From the NCBI GenBank assembly GCA_963744145.1, contig CAVUSO010000001.1, forward strand, positions 5,376,001-5,440,000: a stretch of DNA of 64,000 nucleotides, given 5' to 3'. The notes below the pieces were generated by a model. It saw only the letters and a program-made list of their open reading frames with translations. It searched no databases and was not told where the DNA came from. The stretch is from an uncultured cyanobacterium (GTDB lineage Bacteria > Cyanobacteriota > Cyanobacteriia > Cyanobacteriales > CAWUOF01). How positions within the stretch are numbered: the first letter of the stretch is position 1; each line of letters begins with the position of its first letter. Shown piece by piece: positions 30,495 through 41,591 of the stretch. Both the position numbers and the translations under genes were made by a program.

Positions 30495-30869
30495 ATGATG
30501 CAAGGAAATGTAGTTGGGCGACAAGCTAGAATTAGTTTAACTTTGCGTCTGCCAGAAAATTCAGATATAGAAATTGAGTGTGTTGTTGATACAGGTTTTG
30601 AAGGTTTCTTGACTTTGCCATCGACTGCGATTGCTAAACTTGCGTTGCCTGATCTTGGACAAATTAATGCAAAGTTAGCTGATCATTCTAATGTGGCAAC
30701 TAACGTTTATTTGGCAACGATTTTGTGGAATGGTGTAGAAAAAGATGTTGCAGTGCTAGGAATGGGTCGTCGTCCGCTCATTGGGACTGCACTACTTGAA
30801 GATTATCATCTCAGTATAGACTTCTGTGATGGTGGTACGGTTCTTGTCGATGATATTTTGCGATCGTGA
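30495..30869 (+). CDS. Clan AA (retropepsin-like) aspartic protease
   Basis: VVDTGFEG catalytic motif, PLIGTALL. Confidence 0.85.
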   Translation: MMQGNVVGRQARISLTLRLPENSDIEIECVVDTGFEGFLTLPSTAIAKLALPDLGQINAKLADHSNVATNVYLATILWNGVEKDVAVLGMGRRPLIGTALLEDYHLSIDFCDGGTVLVDDILRS

Positions 30870-31038
30870 GTGAGGAGGAATTTGATTGTAATTTTGGGTG
30901 CGATCGCAATTTGATTACCAACAGATATAGGGTGTGTCACCTGCGATAATTAATCGTATTAGTCAAAAATTGCCAGGTGACATACCCTACTACTAATTGC
31001 CAAAACATTAGTATTTTCATCTTTCATCTTTCATCTCA

Positions 31039-31767
31039 TCAAACTAGAGCTAAGAGAGCACCAATATTTTTTTTGACTTTATTTTCCTCTTCTAATCGTT
31101 TTTGTCTCTCTTTTCTTTCCGCTTCTTCTCTTTCTAATCTCTCTTTCCTTTTTCTTTCGTCTTTAGTTACTTCACGATAAATCAAATAACCAGCGCCACC
31201 AACAGCAGCCGCTCCAATTACCCAAGGTGCAGCAGCTCTTGGTGCTGCTCCTAAACCAGCAGCACCAAGAGCACCTTCACCCGAATTATGTCTATGAGGT
31301 GCATGATAGTGAGGCTGATGGGAATGTTTGTGATTAGATAAGTGACTGGAAGTTGAAGGTGCATATACCCTCTGCCAAAAGTACCATCCACAGTAAGGTA
31401 AGTGTCCTCTTGGTCCATTACCTTCCCAAAAAAAGATATCGTCATAGCTTAACCAAGAATCTCCTTTATACCATCCTACATTGGTAATAAACTGTTGATA
31501 ATTTTCCCGGTTATAGATGTCTTTTTGTGTGCTAAAGCCAAAGTGAGAACTACGATCTAGCCATAGCTGGTCGATTTCTTTAATTTCTTTGTCCAGGCAG
31601 TTATCAATATCTAAATATAAATAACTACCATCTTTTCGAGAAGATATTTTGAGCATCAAAACTTTGGTCAGTTGATCAGCTTCTTTCCACAGATTTGCTG
31701 CTAGTTTTTCCTTTAGCAAAGTCATTAATTGCGCTTGACCTTGATCGGCATATTCACTATAAGACAT
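31039..31767 (-). CDS. GUN4-like domain protein with His-rich linker, Gly/Ala hydrophobic segment and charged tail
   Basis: WKEADQLT, IDQLW..S.HFGFSTQK.IY, VGW, P.GHLP. Confidence 0.75.
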   Translation of the reverse strand: MSYSEYADQGQAQLMTLLKEKLAANLWKEADQLTKVLMLKISSRKDGSYLYLDIDNCLDKEIKEIDQLWLDRSSHFGFSTQKDIYNRENYQQFITNVGWYKGDSWLSYDDIFFWEGNGPRGHLPYCGWYFWQRVYAPSTSSHLSNHKHSHQPHYHAPHRHNSGEGALGAAGLGAAPRAAAPWVIGAAAVGGAGYLIYREVTKDERKRKERLEREEAERKERQKRLEEENKVKKNIGALLALV

Positions 31768-31829
31768 AAAAAATCCCCCAATTTAGTCAAGCCCACTGGT
31801 GTTGTATTCACTAATTTTATTTTGTGCGT

Positions 31830-32236
31830 TTTAGCTTTGACAACTCCAAACCGTGCAATATTAATATTTGTAATGAATTTGTACAAACTATTGAAGATAC
31901 AAAAACGCGCTCGCTATCTCCCCCAAACTCTCCCCAAACCCAAAATCAATCCCCCATAATCGACTTAACAGACGCGCCCGACTTCCCTGACTACTACGAT
32001 CGCACCTCAGAACTCTCCACCCTCAAACAATGGATTTTACAACAACACACTCGTCTGATTACTATCTATGGCTTAAGTGGAATTGGTAAAAGCGCGATCG
32101 CTCTCAAAGTGATCGAACAAATCTAAACTGAATTTGATTATCTGAGCTGGAAAAGTGCCAGGAGAAGGGCGATCGATGTTTCACGTTAATTCCGTATTCA
32201 AAGCCTATATTCAGTCCCAATTAAATCGGCTCTAAC
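31830..32236 (+). pseudogene. Deleted and truncated duplicate of the 27326-28708 NB-ARC gene
   Basis: Matches about 27182-27200, 27630-27915 and 28620-28708 with two deletions; CAA>TAA stop at 32124. Confidence 0.85.
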
Positions 32237-32292
32237 CTCTGGATAGTTTCACCCCAAAAAAGCAATTAAACCACAGAATTGCTAGGATCAAT

Positions 32293-32877
32293 TTATGGCA
32301 TCAACAATTTCATAAAATCATTCACGGCATCATATTGATCAGACATCCGCGAATAAAATTCGATCAATCTCAAATCTAACTCTGGCAAAAGTTCACTCTT
32401 ACTTACCAATTCATATCCAGTAGAACGCAAACAATAAACTGAAATCACTCCATCTTCCCAAAACCAAACTTCCCCTACTCCCACTCGTCGATAAATTTCT
32501 AATGTATCAATTCCACCGCTTGTTACTATCACTTCAATTGCTAAATCTGGAACTGACTTTCTTGTACCCAAACAATAAGACTCATCAGGTTCTTTCCTTG
32601 CTCCCAATTCCTTCATTCCAATTGTTGTACTACCACGTCCATAAAAACGAATGTTTTTTATTCGCATATAGATCTCTAAAATCTGACCTAAAGTATTTTT
32701 CGGTTCTTCATGAGCATCAGATAAGGGAGCCATAATTTCTAAATAGCCATCTAAATAAGTTAAACGTGCGCCAGTTTCTGCTAACTCTACATCCAACTTT
32801 TCCAAAGTCTCCCAGGTCACATTTGACAGTAATGCTCCACTTTTACCTAATGGTTTTTGAGAAGTTGCGATAACCAT
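32293..32877 (-). CDS. Uma2-family endonuclease (recent paralogue of 28768-29352)
   Basis: Same length, near-identical protein and flanks. Confidence 0.9.
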   Translation of the reverse strand: MVIATSQKPLGKSGALLSNVTWETLEKLDVELAETGARLTYLDGYLEIMAPLSDAHEEPKNTLGQILEIYMRIKNIRFYGRGSTTIGMKELGARKEPDESYCLGTRKSVPDLAIEVIVTSGGIDTLEIYRRVGVGEVWFWEDGVISVYCLRSTGYELVSKSELLPELDLRLIEFYSRMSDQYDAVNDFMKLLMP

Positions 32878-33010
32878 CTGATTTACCGTTGATAACCACT
32901 GTTTAAGTATAGCTAATTTTTAGTGCGATCGCCATTTTCATTCCTTAGTATAATTAATAAAAAACGGGCATATAAATATACGCCCGGATCACAACTTACT
33001 GAAAAAAACC

Positions 33011-34525
33011 TTAAGCTGCTAAATTTTCACTCACGACTCGGACTAAATTTTCTGTCCAATAATGAGCTAGTTCTAAACTGATCGCTTCCACCATTACCCG
33101 AATTACAGGTTCAGTTCCAGAAGCTCTTACCAAAATTCGTCCCTGATCTCCCATTGCTGTTTCTGCTTGGGCGATCGCTTCCATGAGAGGTTCACATTTT
33201 TGCCAATTCACCCGACGTTCCCGATCTTCTACGCGCACATTTTTCAATAACTGGGGATAAGTTTGAAAACTTTCATCCCGAAGTTCGGCTAAAGAACCAC
33301 CCGACTGCTGGACTAATGAAGCTAAATGTAAAGCAGTCATCAATCCATCACCAGTCACCCCATAATGTCTACAAAGAATATGACCAGATTGCTCTCCTCC
33401 GAGCATTCCTCCTAAACGGAGCATTTCTGCATGGACATATTGATCTCCTACCGCAGTACGAATCAATTTACCACCTAGCTGTTCCCAGGCTCGCTCAAAA
33501 CCTAAATTTGCCATTACTGTCGAAACAATCACATTACCCGGTAATTGCCCACGCTGATGCAGGGTTTTTCCCCATAAATATAAAATATAATCACCATCAA
33601 CACATCGACCTTGACTATCAACTGCCAAAACTCGATCTGCATCACCATCAAAAGCAAATCCTAAATCGGCATTATGCAATTTAACTGCTGTTTGGAGCGG
33701 TTCGAGATGAGTAGAACCACAACCCACATTAATGCGATCGCCATTAGGTTGATTATGTAAGCAGGTCACCTTAGCTCCCATTGCTTGAAAAACTCGAGGA
33801 GCGATCCCGACTGCTGCACCCCAAGCTAAATCTAAGACAATCTGCATTCCCTCTAAATTAATTTCTGGGACTAGGGGTTGCTGTAAAGACTTGATATAGT
33901 CCTCCACTAATTTCGGTCGGTGGTAATGCTTTCCCCAGTCATGATTATTACTAGGACTTACTTTTCCTCTTAATCCTGCTTCGATTTGTGCTTGAATCGA
34001 TGGAGATAACTTACTACCATTCTGACCAAAAAACTTAATCCCGTTATCTTCTGGGGGATTATGACTAGCAGAGATCATCACTCCACCCACACCTTCATAT
34101 TCTCTAGTCAGATAAGCGACACAGGGAGTTGGACATAACCCTAAATTCCATACTTCTAAACCAGCAGCCGTTAACCCAGCAGACAATGCTACTGCTAGCA
34201 TATCACTCGATTTACGTGAGTCCTGACCTAAAATAATTGGCCCTGAAGTGGTCGCCTGCTCCTTTAGCACTTGACCTCCCCAGAAACCCACTTGTAAAGC
34301 TAGAGATACCGTCAGTAACTCTCCTACTTTTCCCCGAATCCCATCTGTTCCAAATAAAGGTGTTGTCGGTAAATTAGTTAAGGTTTCCGTAAAAATTGCT
34401 CTTTGTTCTGGACTAAAATTAAGGTGTGTTGTTGATTGTTCACTATTAGTACCAGAACTCTCAACCAAAGACAGAGCGGTACTTAGAGAGCTAGAATCAG
34501 GAAAATTGGCCACAGATTTAACCAT
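33011..34525 (-). CDS. glmM: Phosphoglucosamine mutase
   Basis: [36 protein letters not shown]; start uncertain. Confidence 0.93.
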   Translation of the reverse strand: MVKSVANFPDSSSLSTALSLVESSGTNSEQSTTHLNFSPEQRAIFTETLTNLPTTPLFGTDGIRGKVGELLTVSLALQVGFWGGQVLKEQATTSGPIILGQDSRKSSDMLAVALSAGLTAAGLEVWNLGLCPTPCVAYLTREYEGVGGVMISASHNPPEDNGIKFFGQNGSKLSPSIQAQIEAGLRGKVSPSNNHDWGKHYHRPKLVEDYIKSLQQPLVPEINLEGMQIVLDLAWGAAVGIAPRVFQAMGAKVTCLHNQPNGDRINVGCGSTHLEPLQTAVKLHNADLGFAFDGDADRVLAVDSQGRCVDGDYILYLWGKTLHQRGQLPGNVIVSTVMANLGFERAWEQLGGKLIRTAVGDQYVHAEMLRLGGMLGGEQSGHILCRHYGVTGDGLMTALHLASLVQQSGGSLAELRDESFQTYPQLLKNVRVEDRERRVNWQKCEPLMEAIAQAETAMGDQGRILVRASGTEPVIRVMVEAISLELAHYWTENLVRVVSENLAA

Positions 34526-34845
34526 AAAATCACTCACTCCACACATAATCAGACTCACAGTGGAGAATAACATTTCTATGAGCTATGCCAAGTTAAACAG
34601 TCTTTGGTTGGCAATTCCGGATGGAAAAATGAAAAGGACTTAGCCCAATTTTTAAGCGATCGCCCAGCTTAAATAAATAGGTAATTAAGGAGATGGGATG
34701 GTATTTTGATCGTAAATTTCCGTAAAATGTCTAGCGACCTTTATGATAAATGAACAAAGATAACAGTGTAGTAGCTTTTAGCAACCCAACTCCAAGGGTT
34801 ATAAAAGAATAATCTAGATCCAAATTTCTATTCGGAAGAGCTTTC

Positions 34846-35529
34846 ATGCAGACCAAAGCTTTTAGTGAGCTTTTTCCCCTCTTTAACACGGCTAACCAAG
34901 ACACCTTGGCTTGGCTAGCATCTGTTGCGGTTACCCACGACTATCCAACCGGAAGAGCTGTCTTAATGGAAGATGCGTGGGGCAATGCAGTGTACTTTTT
35001 AGAATCGGGCTGGGTTAAAGTCAGACGTTTAGCTGGGGAAAATGTAGTCACCCTAGCGATTTTGGGGAAAGGTGACTTTTTTGGCGAAATGGCCATTTTA
35101 GATGAATCTCCCCGTTCTACGGATGTCATTGCTCTGAGTCCAGTCCAATTAGTCAGTATCTCCGCCCAGCAATTTCTGCAAGCCCTATTTAAAGATACCC
35201 AATTGCACCATCGGATGTTGCAGCTGATGGTAAAGCGTTTGCGTCAAACTAACCATCGCTTTCAACTCCGTAATCGACCACCAGCGGTGAAACTAGCCAA
35301 CACATTAGTTTTGCTAGCCGAAAGTTACGGTCAAACTAGCAAACAAGGGGCAGAAATTTATAATATTCCCTATAACGATTTAGCTGATGTTACCGATATT
35401 GGGGTCGAAGAAACTGCCAAAATTATCGAAAAGCTAGAAAGTAAAGGTTGGATTAAAATCAATGCCACCAATCAGACTATGAATTTGATCAACCTCAAAC
35501 AGTTAATTAACTTAGCTGGGCATATGTAA
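34846..35529 (+). CDS. Crp/Fnr-family transcriptional regulator
   Basis: cNMP-binding FGEMAIL..PRS, C-terminal HTH. Confidence 0.9.
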   Translation: MQTKAFSELFPLFNTANQDTLAWLASVAVTHDYPTGRAVLMEDAWGNAVYFLESGWVKVRRLAGENVVTLAILGKGDFFGEMAILDESPRSTDVIALSPVQLVSISAQQFLQALFKDTQLHHRMLQLMVKRLRQTNHRFQLRNRPPAVKLANTLVLLAESYGQTSKQGAEIYNIPYNDLADVTDIGVEETAKIIEKLESKGWIKINATNQTMNLINLKQLINLAGHM

Positions 35530-37329
35530 ATGACAGAAGCAACCAAAATTCGCCCTAGTAGTAGCTTAAGCACTAAACCAACCATATCCTACCAGGTTGC
35601 CATGCCTGAGCCGGAAACTCATCTCTTTGCAGTAACTTTACAAGTTCACAACTTTCAAGCACCAATTCTGGATCTAAAAATGCCAGTTTGGACTCCAGGA
35701 TCATATTTAGTTCGGGAGTATGCTAAACATCTTCAAGATTTTTCGGCTCAAAATCATGAGAATAAATCTCTACCTTGGCAAAAAGTAAGTAAAAATCATT
35801 GGCAAATTCAAACTCAGGGAAATGCTAAGGTCGTCGTGCGTTATCGGATTTTTGCCAATGAGCTAACTGTCCGAACTAACCATCTCGATTCTACCCACGG
35901 TTATTTTAATGGTTCTGCACTATTTTTTGATATTCCAGGGTTAGAAAAAAATCCGATCCAGATCAAAATAGTCCCACCACAACCAGGGTGGCGAGTGACT
36001 ACACCATTGTCAAGTCTGGGAGAAGCAAATACTTTCTTTGCTCCCGATTTTGATACCCTAGTAGATAGTCCCTTTGAGATTGGTAAACATAATTTATATA
36101 ACTTTGAAGTGTTGGGTAAACCCCACGAATTGGTGATTTGGGGACAGGGAAATCTTGAACCTAAACGCGCGATCGCTGATATCCAGAAAATTATTCAGGT
36201 AGAATCCGAAATGTTTGGCGGTTTACCCTATAATCGCTATGTATTTCTCCTCCATTTATCTGCTCAAGGATATGGTGGACTGGAACATAAAGACTCCTGT
36301 ACTTTAAATTATCCTCGGTTTGGATTTCGAGCCAAAGATCAGTATGAGCGGTTTATGCAACTGGTAGCGCATGAATTTTTTCACCTCTGGAATGTGAAGA
36401 GAATTCGACCGAAAGAGTTAGAAGTATTTAATTATAACGGCGAAAATTATACTACTTCTCTGTGGTTTTGTGAAGGCACAACGAGTTATTATGACTTGGT
36501 GTTTCCCTTACGAGCTGGAATTTATGATGGGAAAACGTTTTTCAATTTGTTAAGCAAAGAAATAACTCGATTGCAAACTACACCTGGTCGATTAGTTCAA
36601 CCATTAAGCGAATCTAGTTGGGATACATGGATTAAACTATATCGACCTGATGCTAATAGTAATAATTCCCAGATATCCTACTATTTGAAAGGGGAATTGG
36701 TGTCGGTATTGTTAGATTTGTTGATTCGTTACCGACAGGAAAATCAGCGATCGCTAGATCAGGTAATGCAAAAAATGTGGCAGGAATTTGGTCAAACGGA
36801 AAGAGGTTTTACTCCCACCCAATTACAAAATGCGATCGAGTCAGTCGCAGGGATAAATTTAGATGATTTTTTTGCTCGCTATATTCATGGTACAGAAGAA
36901 TTACCCTTTAACGAATACCTGGAACCCTACGGATTGCAACTAGAACAAGATCATCCCAGTGAACTAGCACCATATTTAGGGATAAATGTCAAGACTGAAA
37001 ACGGACGAGAAATAATTAAATTTGTCGAATCTGGTTCACCTGCTCAACGAGCGGGAATTGACCCAGGTGATGAATTGTTAGCGATAAATGGGATACGGGT
37101 CAGTGCAGAAAACCTCAGCGATCGACTCAAAGACTATCAATCCGGAGATCAGATTAAAATAGCGTTATTCCATCAAGATGAACTCCGTCACTATCACGTT
37201 ACCTTAACTACTTCAAGCCCAAAAACCTGGAAAATTGTCCCAGTTACCCAGCCCAACCCAACCCAAAAAACCCGCTTTCTGGGGTGGTTAGGGACACCTT
37301 TAACCAAAGTATTTAACTTGGAAATTTGA
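35530..37329 (+). CDS. M61-family metallopeptidase with PDZ domain
   Basis: PVWTPGSY, GGLEH, HEFFHLWN, C-terminal PDZ (SPAQRAGI). Confidence 0.92.
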   Translation: MTEATKIRPSSSLSTKPTISYQVAMPEPETHLFAVTLQVHNFQAPILDLKMPVWTPGSYLVREYAKHLQDFSAQNHENKSLPWQKVSKNHWQIQTQGNAKVVVRYRIFANELTVRTNHLDSTHGYFNGSALFFDIPGLEKNPIQIKIVPPQPGWRVTTPLSSLGEANTFFAPDFDTLVDSPFEIGKHNLYNFEVLGKPHELVIWGQGNLEPKRAIADIQKIIQVESEMFGGLPYNRYVFLLHLSAQGYGGLEHKDSCTLNYPRFGFRAKDQYERFMQLVAHEFFHLWNVKRIRPKELEVFNYNGENYTTSLWFCEGTTSYYDLVFPLRAGIYDGKTFFNLLSKEITRLQTTPGRLVQPLSESSWDTWIKLYRPDANSNNSQISYYLKGELVSVLLDLLIRYRQENQRSLDQVMQKMWQEFGQTERGFTPTQLQNAIESVAGINLDDFFARYIHGTEELPFNEYLEPYGLQLEQDHPSELAPYLGINVKTENGREIIKFVESGSPAQRAGIDPGDELLAINGIRVSAENLSDRLKDYQSGDQIKIALFHQDELRHYHVTLTTSSPKTWKIVPVTQPNPTQKTRFLGWLGTPLTKVFNLEI

Positions 37330-37389
37330 ACTACTTCTAGCCACAAATGTCTTAAAATATTCTAGCAAGATGTTTATTTGGATCAAACT

Positions 37390-37884
37390 ATGCAATCACC
37401 TCCTCCTCCATCCATTACTCCCCGTCAAATGAACCTACTCCGAATCGTTGTTTCTATGGCTTGGGCTGATGGTCATTTAGCTGAAGAAGAAAAAGAATTA
37501 ATGCTCGATCGCTTTACCCACATATTTGCTACAGATGTTCAACATCAGCAACTAATTCAACAAGAACTGCAAGGTTATCTAATTCAAAATATCCCTTTAG
37601 AAGAATTAATTCCCCATTTGCAAACCGACGCAGAAAAAGAGTTAGTTTTAATGCTAGGTTATGAAGTAATCGCAGTTAGTTCCAGAACCCCAGAAGAAGA
37701 TAAAATTAATCAGGAAGAAGCAAAAGCTTATCAAAAACTGGTTCAATTGCTCAACTTACCTCCTGAATTAGTTAAACAGATCGAAACTCAATTGGCTAGC
37801 GAACAGCGTAGTCAATCGGGAATGATTGATAAATTAGTTAACAAGTTAGGACAATTTGTGAAAAGTCAGCATAAAAATAACTGA
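37390..37884 (+). CDS. TerB-family protein
   Basis: SMAWADGHLAEEE motif; start placed at ATG 37390. Confidence 0.75.
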   Translation: MQSPPPPSITPRQMNLLRIVVSMAWADGHLAEEEKELMLDRFTHIFATDVQHQQLIQQELQGYLIQNIPLEELIPHLQTDAEKELVLMLGYEVIAVSSRTPEEDKINQEEAKAYQKLVQLLNLPPELVKQIETQLASEQRSQSGMIDKLVNKLGQFVKSQHKNN

Positions 37885-38011
37885 GAAGCGCAAAATTAAT
37901 CCTACCTGATCACTAACTAAATTTGGTGCAACTCAAGATTATTGCGGATCAAGATCACGTAAATAGTAATTAGCCGATCGAATAGCTTTCCTTTAACTTT
38001 TCCAACAGGTT

Positions 38012-38988
38012 CTAAATACTCATTGCTAACATCCGTTGAATGGGTTGTAGTGCTGCTAAACGGGTTTCTTCGGGAAGCGTAATTTCTGGAGTACGGTTTT
38101 TCATGGCTAAATAAAGCTTTTCCAGAGTATTCAGACGCATATGAGGACACTCATTACAACTACACTGGTTCATGGGTGGTGCGGGAATGAAGTGTTTCTC
38201 TGGTGCTTGTTTTTGCATTTGATGAATAATTCCGGGTTCAGTAGCAACAATAAAACTCGAACTGGAACTGGAGCAAGCATATTTTAAGAGTGCAGTAGTA
38301 GAACCAATATAGTCTGCATGACGTAATACTGGTGGCTCACATTCTGGATGAGCAATCACTTCAGCATCGGGATGGACAATTTTCAGCTCGACAATTTTCT
38401 GTTCGGAAAATGTTTCATGGACGATACAACTACCTTGCCATAACACCATCTCTCTACCAGTCTGCTCCATTACATATCTCCCTAAATTACGATCTGGAGC
38501 AAAAATAATTGGTTGATCAGCGGGAATTTGATTAACAATTTTGACCACATTAGAACTGGTGCAAATAATGTCACTGAGAGCTTTAATATCGGCAGTACAG
38601 TTGATATAAGAAATGACTAAATGATTGGGATGGGCAGCTTTAAAAGCTGCAAAAGCATCTTTGGGACAACTATCAGCGAGGGAACAACCAGCTTTTAGAT
38701 CGGTAAAAGTACCAGTTTATTCGGGTTGAGAATTTTGGCAGTTTCTGCCATAAAGTGGACACCCGCAAAGACAATCACATCCGCATCGGTGTTGGCTGCT
38801 TTACGGGAAAGCTCTAGAGAATCACCAATGTAGTCAGCCACATCTTGAATATCAGGATCTTGGTAATAATGGGCTAAAACCACGGCATTCAGCTTTTTTT
38901 TCTCTTCTTCAATGAGAGTAAACAGATCCTGGTGGACTGGAATTGTAGTTTTGAGACTATCTTCGGAACGGATTAGAGTGGTAAACAC
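38012..38988 (-). CDS. nadA: Quinolinate synthase NadA, split by a one-base deletion near 38702
   Basis: [20 protein letters not shown], [P][32 protein letters not shown]; adding one base to CCG ATC restores the frame. Confidence 0.92.
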
Positions 38989-39181
38989 AGTTTAAAGTTT
39001 GAATAGGGTTATTTAAGATAATTATAGTTTTTTTTACCAAAATTTGCACTTAACTGAACTTGATCCTGAAAATTTTTCAGAATTTATATACAATTTGGAG
39101 AGAAAAATAGAATTTTCTACTGAAATATGGCTAAAACCCATATATAATAAAGATTTAAGCCTATTTCTATCCCTTTATTCT

Positions 39182-40150
39182 ATGCCTTATCTAGAAACTA
39201 CTGCCCAGTTTTACGCCCAAGCTGCTCAAACCCCTCAAATTGGACTTTGTTGTGCTAGCACTCCGCCACTCCAATTACCAGGGTTAAAGATTCCGAAAAT
39301 TATGCAGCAGATGAACTATGGCTGCGGCTCAACGGTGCATCCAACCGAGTTATTTGGAGAACCTACAATCCTATATATTGGCATTGGTGGAGGAATAGAA
39401 GCGCTTCAGTTTGCTTATTTTTCTCGTAAACCAGCAGGTGTGATTGCAGTTGAGCCGATTTCAGAAATGCGAACAGTAGCTGCCCACAATTTACAGATAG
39501 CTGCCGAAGATAACAATTGGTTTAATCCCGATTTTGTCAAAATTTTGGTAGGGGATGCCTTTACATTACCAGCACCAGATAACTCAGTGGATGTGGTAGC
39601 ACAAAACTGTTTGTTCAATATCTTTGAACCTGATGATCTGCAACGAGCCCTGCTTGAAGCTAATCGAGTGTTGAAACCTGGTGGAAGGTTAATTATGAGT
39701 GATCCGATCGCCACTCGTCCGATTCCACCAGAACTCCAGCAAGATGAACGGTTACGCGCTATGTGTTTATCCGGGGCACTTACTTATGATGAATATATCC
39801 AGCACCTAATTGCGATCGGGTTTGGGCAGATCGAGATTCGCGCTCGTCGTCCCTATCGTCTGTTAGATACCCACAATTACAATTTGGATACCCCCCTATT
39901 ACTGGAAAGTCTAGACTCCGTTTCTTTTAAAATACCTGTTCCAGAAGATGGAGCTTGCGTATTTACAGGTAAAACTGCCATTTATGCAGGTGCTGAATCC
40001 CTACTAAATGATCAGGCTGGACATTTACTACAACCGGGTATTCCTTTAGCAGTTTGTGACAAAACAGCAGCCAAACTTGCTCGGCAATTTCCACAAGATG
40101 TGATCATTACAGACTCCACTTGGCATTATCATGGTGGCGGATGCTGTTAA
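39182..40150 (+). CDS. arsM: Arsenite S-adenosylmethyltransferase, cyanobacterial arsenosugar-pathway type
   Basis: GLCC, MNYGCG, AQNCLFN, RAMCLSGA, VCDKT, C-terminal GGGCC; start ATG 39182. Confidence 0.85.
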   Translation: MPYLETTAQFYAQAAQTPQIGLCCASTPPLQLPGLKIPKIMQQMNYGCGSTVHPTELFGEPTILYIGIGGGIEALQFAYFSRKPAGVIAVEPISEMRTVAAHNLQIAAEDNNWFNPDFVKILVGDAFTLPAPDNSVDVVAQNCLFNIFEPDDLQRALLEANRVLKPGGRLIMSDPIATRPIPPELQQDERLRAMCLSGALTYDEYIQHLIAIGFGQIEIRARRPYRLLDTHNYNLDTPLLLESLDSVSFKIPVPEDGACVFTGKTAIYAGAESLLNDQAGHLLQPGIPLAVCDKTAAKLARQFPQDVIITDSTWHYHGGGCC

Positions 40151-40393
40151 AAGAATCGATCATAGGTTGAGCGATCGCGCCGGTCAGAACAAAAAACAAT
40201 TATTAATCAAATCACTTCTGATTCTATCTGCTCAACCTAGCTAATAGTTCATCGCGGTAACCGAACCATATTGATTGTCGATGGTCTATGATTTTAGCTC
40301 GGAATGGACAAGCGATCGCGGTGCTGATGACACTAAACGCTGTTCTAAATACTGAACCATATTGAATTGTAATAGTCTTTTTTCTATGCTAAC

Positions 40394-40587
40394 TTAAAAA
40401 GTAATATTCTCCCATTCTTGAGCTTCAATAAAACGGCTTAAATAGTTAACGTTGGTAGTAGCTATAATCAGAGATTGCCCCGGATATTCTTGTTGAAGGA
40501 GTGCCATTGTTTGCAAAGCAAAGCATCCCCAGAATTTTTAGGAGAGGAAGCTAAACCTAAAATTCCTGTATCTAAAAAAACAATCAT
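40394..40587 (-). pseudogene. PIN-domain toxin remnant with internal deletion and frameshifts
   Basis: MIVFLDTGILGLASSP.. joined out of frame to ..IIATTNVNYLSRFIEAQEWENITF*. Confidence 0.7.
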
Positions 40588-40826
40588 TCTTTACTAAAGA
40601 GTTTTTGTCCAGAGGGGCGATAACTATCAATAATTTTTTTGACTGCTTCCCAGTGTTGATCATTTTCTCTAGCTTCTTCTTCTGTGATCTCTTCCGCTAG
40701 TTTTCGTTTTAACCATTCCATTAAAGGTTGATTTTTTTCTAATTGTTCTTCTGGGGTTTTACCAAAGTGTTTGAGAGCGGGTGCAAATGAGTATTTCATA
40801 ACTTGATCCAATTGGTTTACTGACAT
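40584..40826 (-). CDS. Putative antitoxin partner of the PIN remnant
   Basis: ATGA overlap with the PIN start; ends KKIIDSYRPSGQKLFS. Confidence 0.65.
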   Translation of the reverse strand: MSVNQLDQVMKYSFAPALKHFGKTPEEQLEKNQPLMEWLKRKLAEEITEEEARENDQHWEAVKKIIDSYRPSGQKLFSKE

Positions 40827-40873
40827 GGTGAAGCATAGAACTGTTTTTAACCCTAGCAATAGCTTACAGCTAT

Positions 40874-41116
40874 TTATTGAGTGAAAGGCGATCGGGCATG
40901 ATCCATCTCGTCGATCGTTTTTGCTTCACGCCAAAATTTTAAACAACCTGCAACATCACTTAAGGTTGTTTCAGCAAAAGCTTTTTTTGGCTTGATTAAA
41001 ATTCCATCACCAGTATCAATCAAAAGTAATTCCTGACCCGCTTCCCAACCGTAAGCTTTCCCCAGAGATGGAGGAATAATCATTTGTCCTTGGTCTGATA
41101 CTCTGATTGTTTCCAT
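40874..41116 (-). CDS. AbrB/MazE/SpoVT-family antitoxin; 3' end possibly altered at a HIP1-like site
   Basis: VSDQGQMIIP...GWEAGQEL...GDGILIKP. Confidence 0.8.
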   Translation of the reverse strand: METIRVSDQGQMIIPPSLGKAYGWEAGQELLLIDTGDGILIKPKKAFAETTLSDVAGCLKFWREAKTIDEMDHARSPFTQ

Positions 41117-41276
41117 ATTAAAATAAACTGCGATAAATTATGGGAGACTCAAGTTTAGTTTAACTTGGCTGGTAGTGAAATTGCTAGACTATGCCACTTG
41201 ATAGTCGTTGGTATTGCACCCTAATTAATTGAGCTAGGCGATCGCATCAAAAAGAAAATAAACAATCAATCCGATT

Positions 41277-41340
41277 GTAGGGGCAGGTTCACCGATCAAT
41301 TCTATCACAAACGAGTAATCATCATAAACCTGCCCTCACC
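41277..41340. repeat. REP-like inverted repeat GTAGGGGCAGGTT...AACCTGCCCTCAC
   Basis: Imperfect inverted repeat of the GTAGGGG family. Confidence 0.55.
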
Positions 41341-41591
41341 CACCGATAAATCCCAAACTACAGATCATCTTAGCAAACGCGATCGCACAGTTCAAAATTC
41401 AGGCGATCGCATAATTATAATTAGATTCATTACTAGGAACTTGCTGTTTTAATACCCACCGCTTTTTTATATTTTTGGACAAAATTTTATCCCATTTCAA
41501 GGTTAAGATAGTTTAATTAATGGGACAACTGGTGGCATAATTAAATTAACTAAATTAAAATAACAGATAAAAACTTTCCCTGGTACAGATA

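Noticed and set aside
38012..38988. nadA as a true pseudogene or programmed frameshift
   Set aside because: Single missing base, no slippery heptamer, all Cys motifs intact; a sequencing error is more likely.
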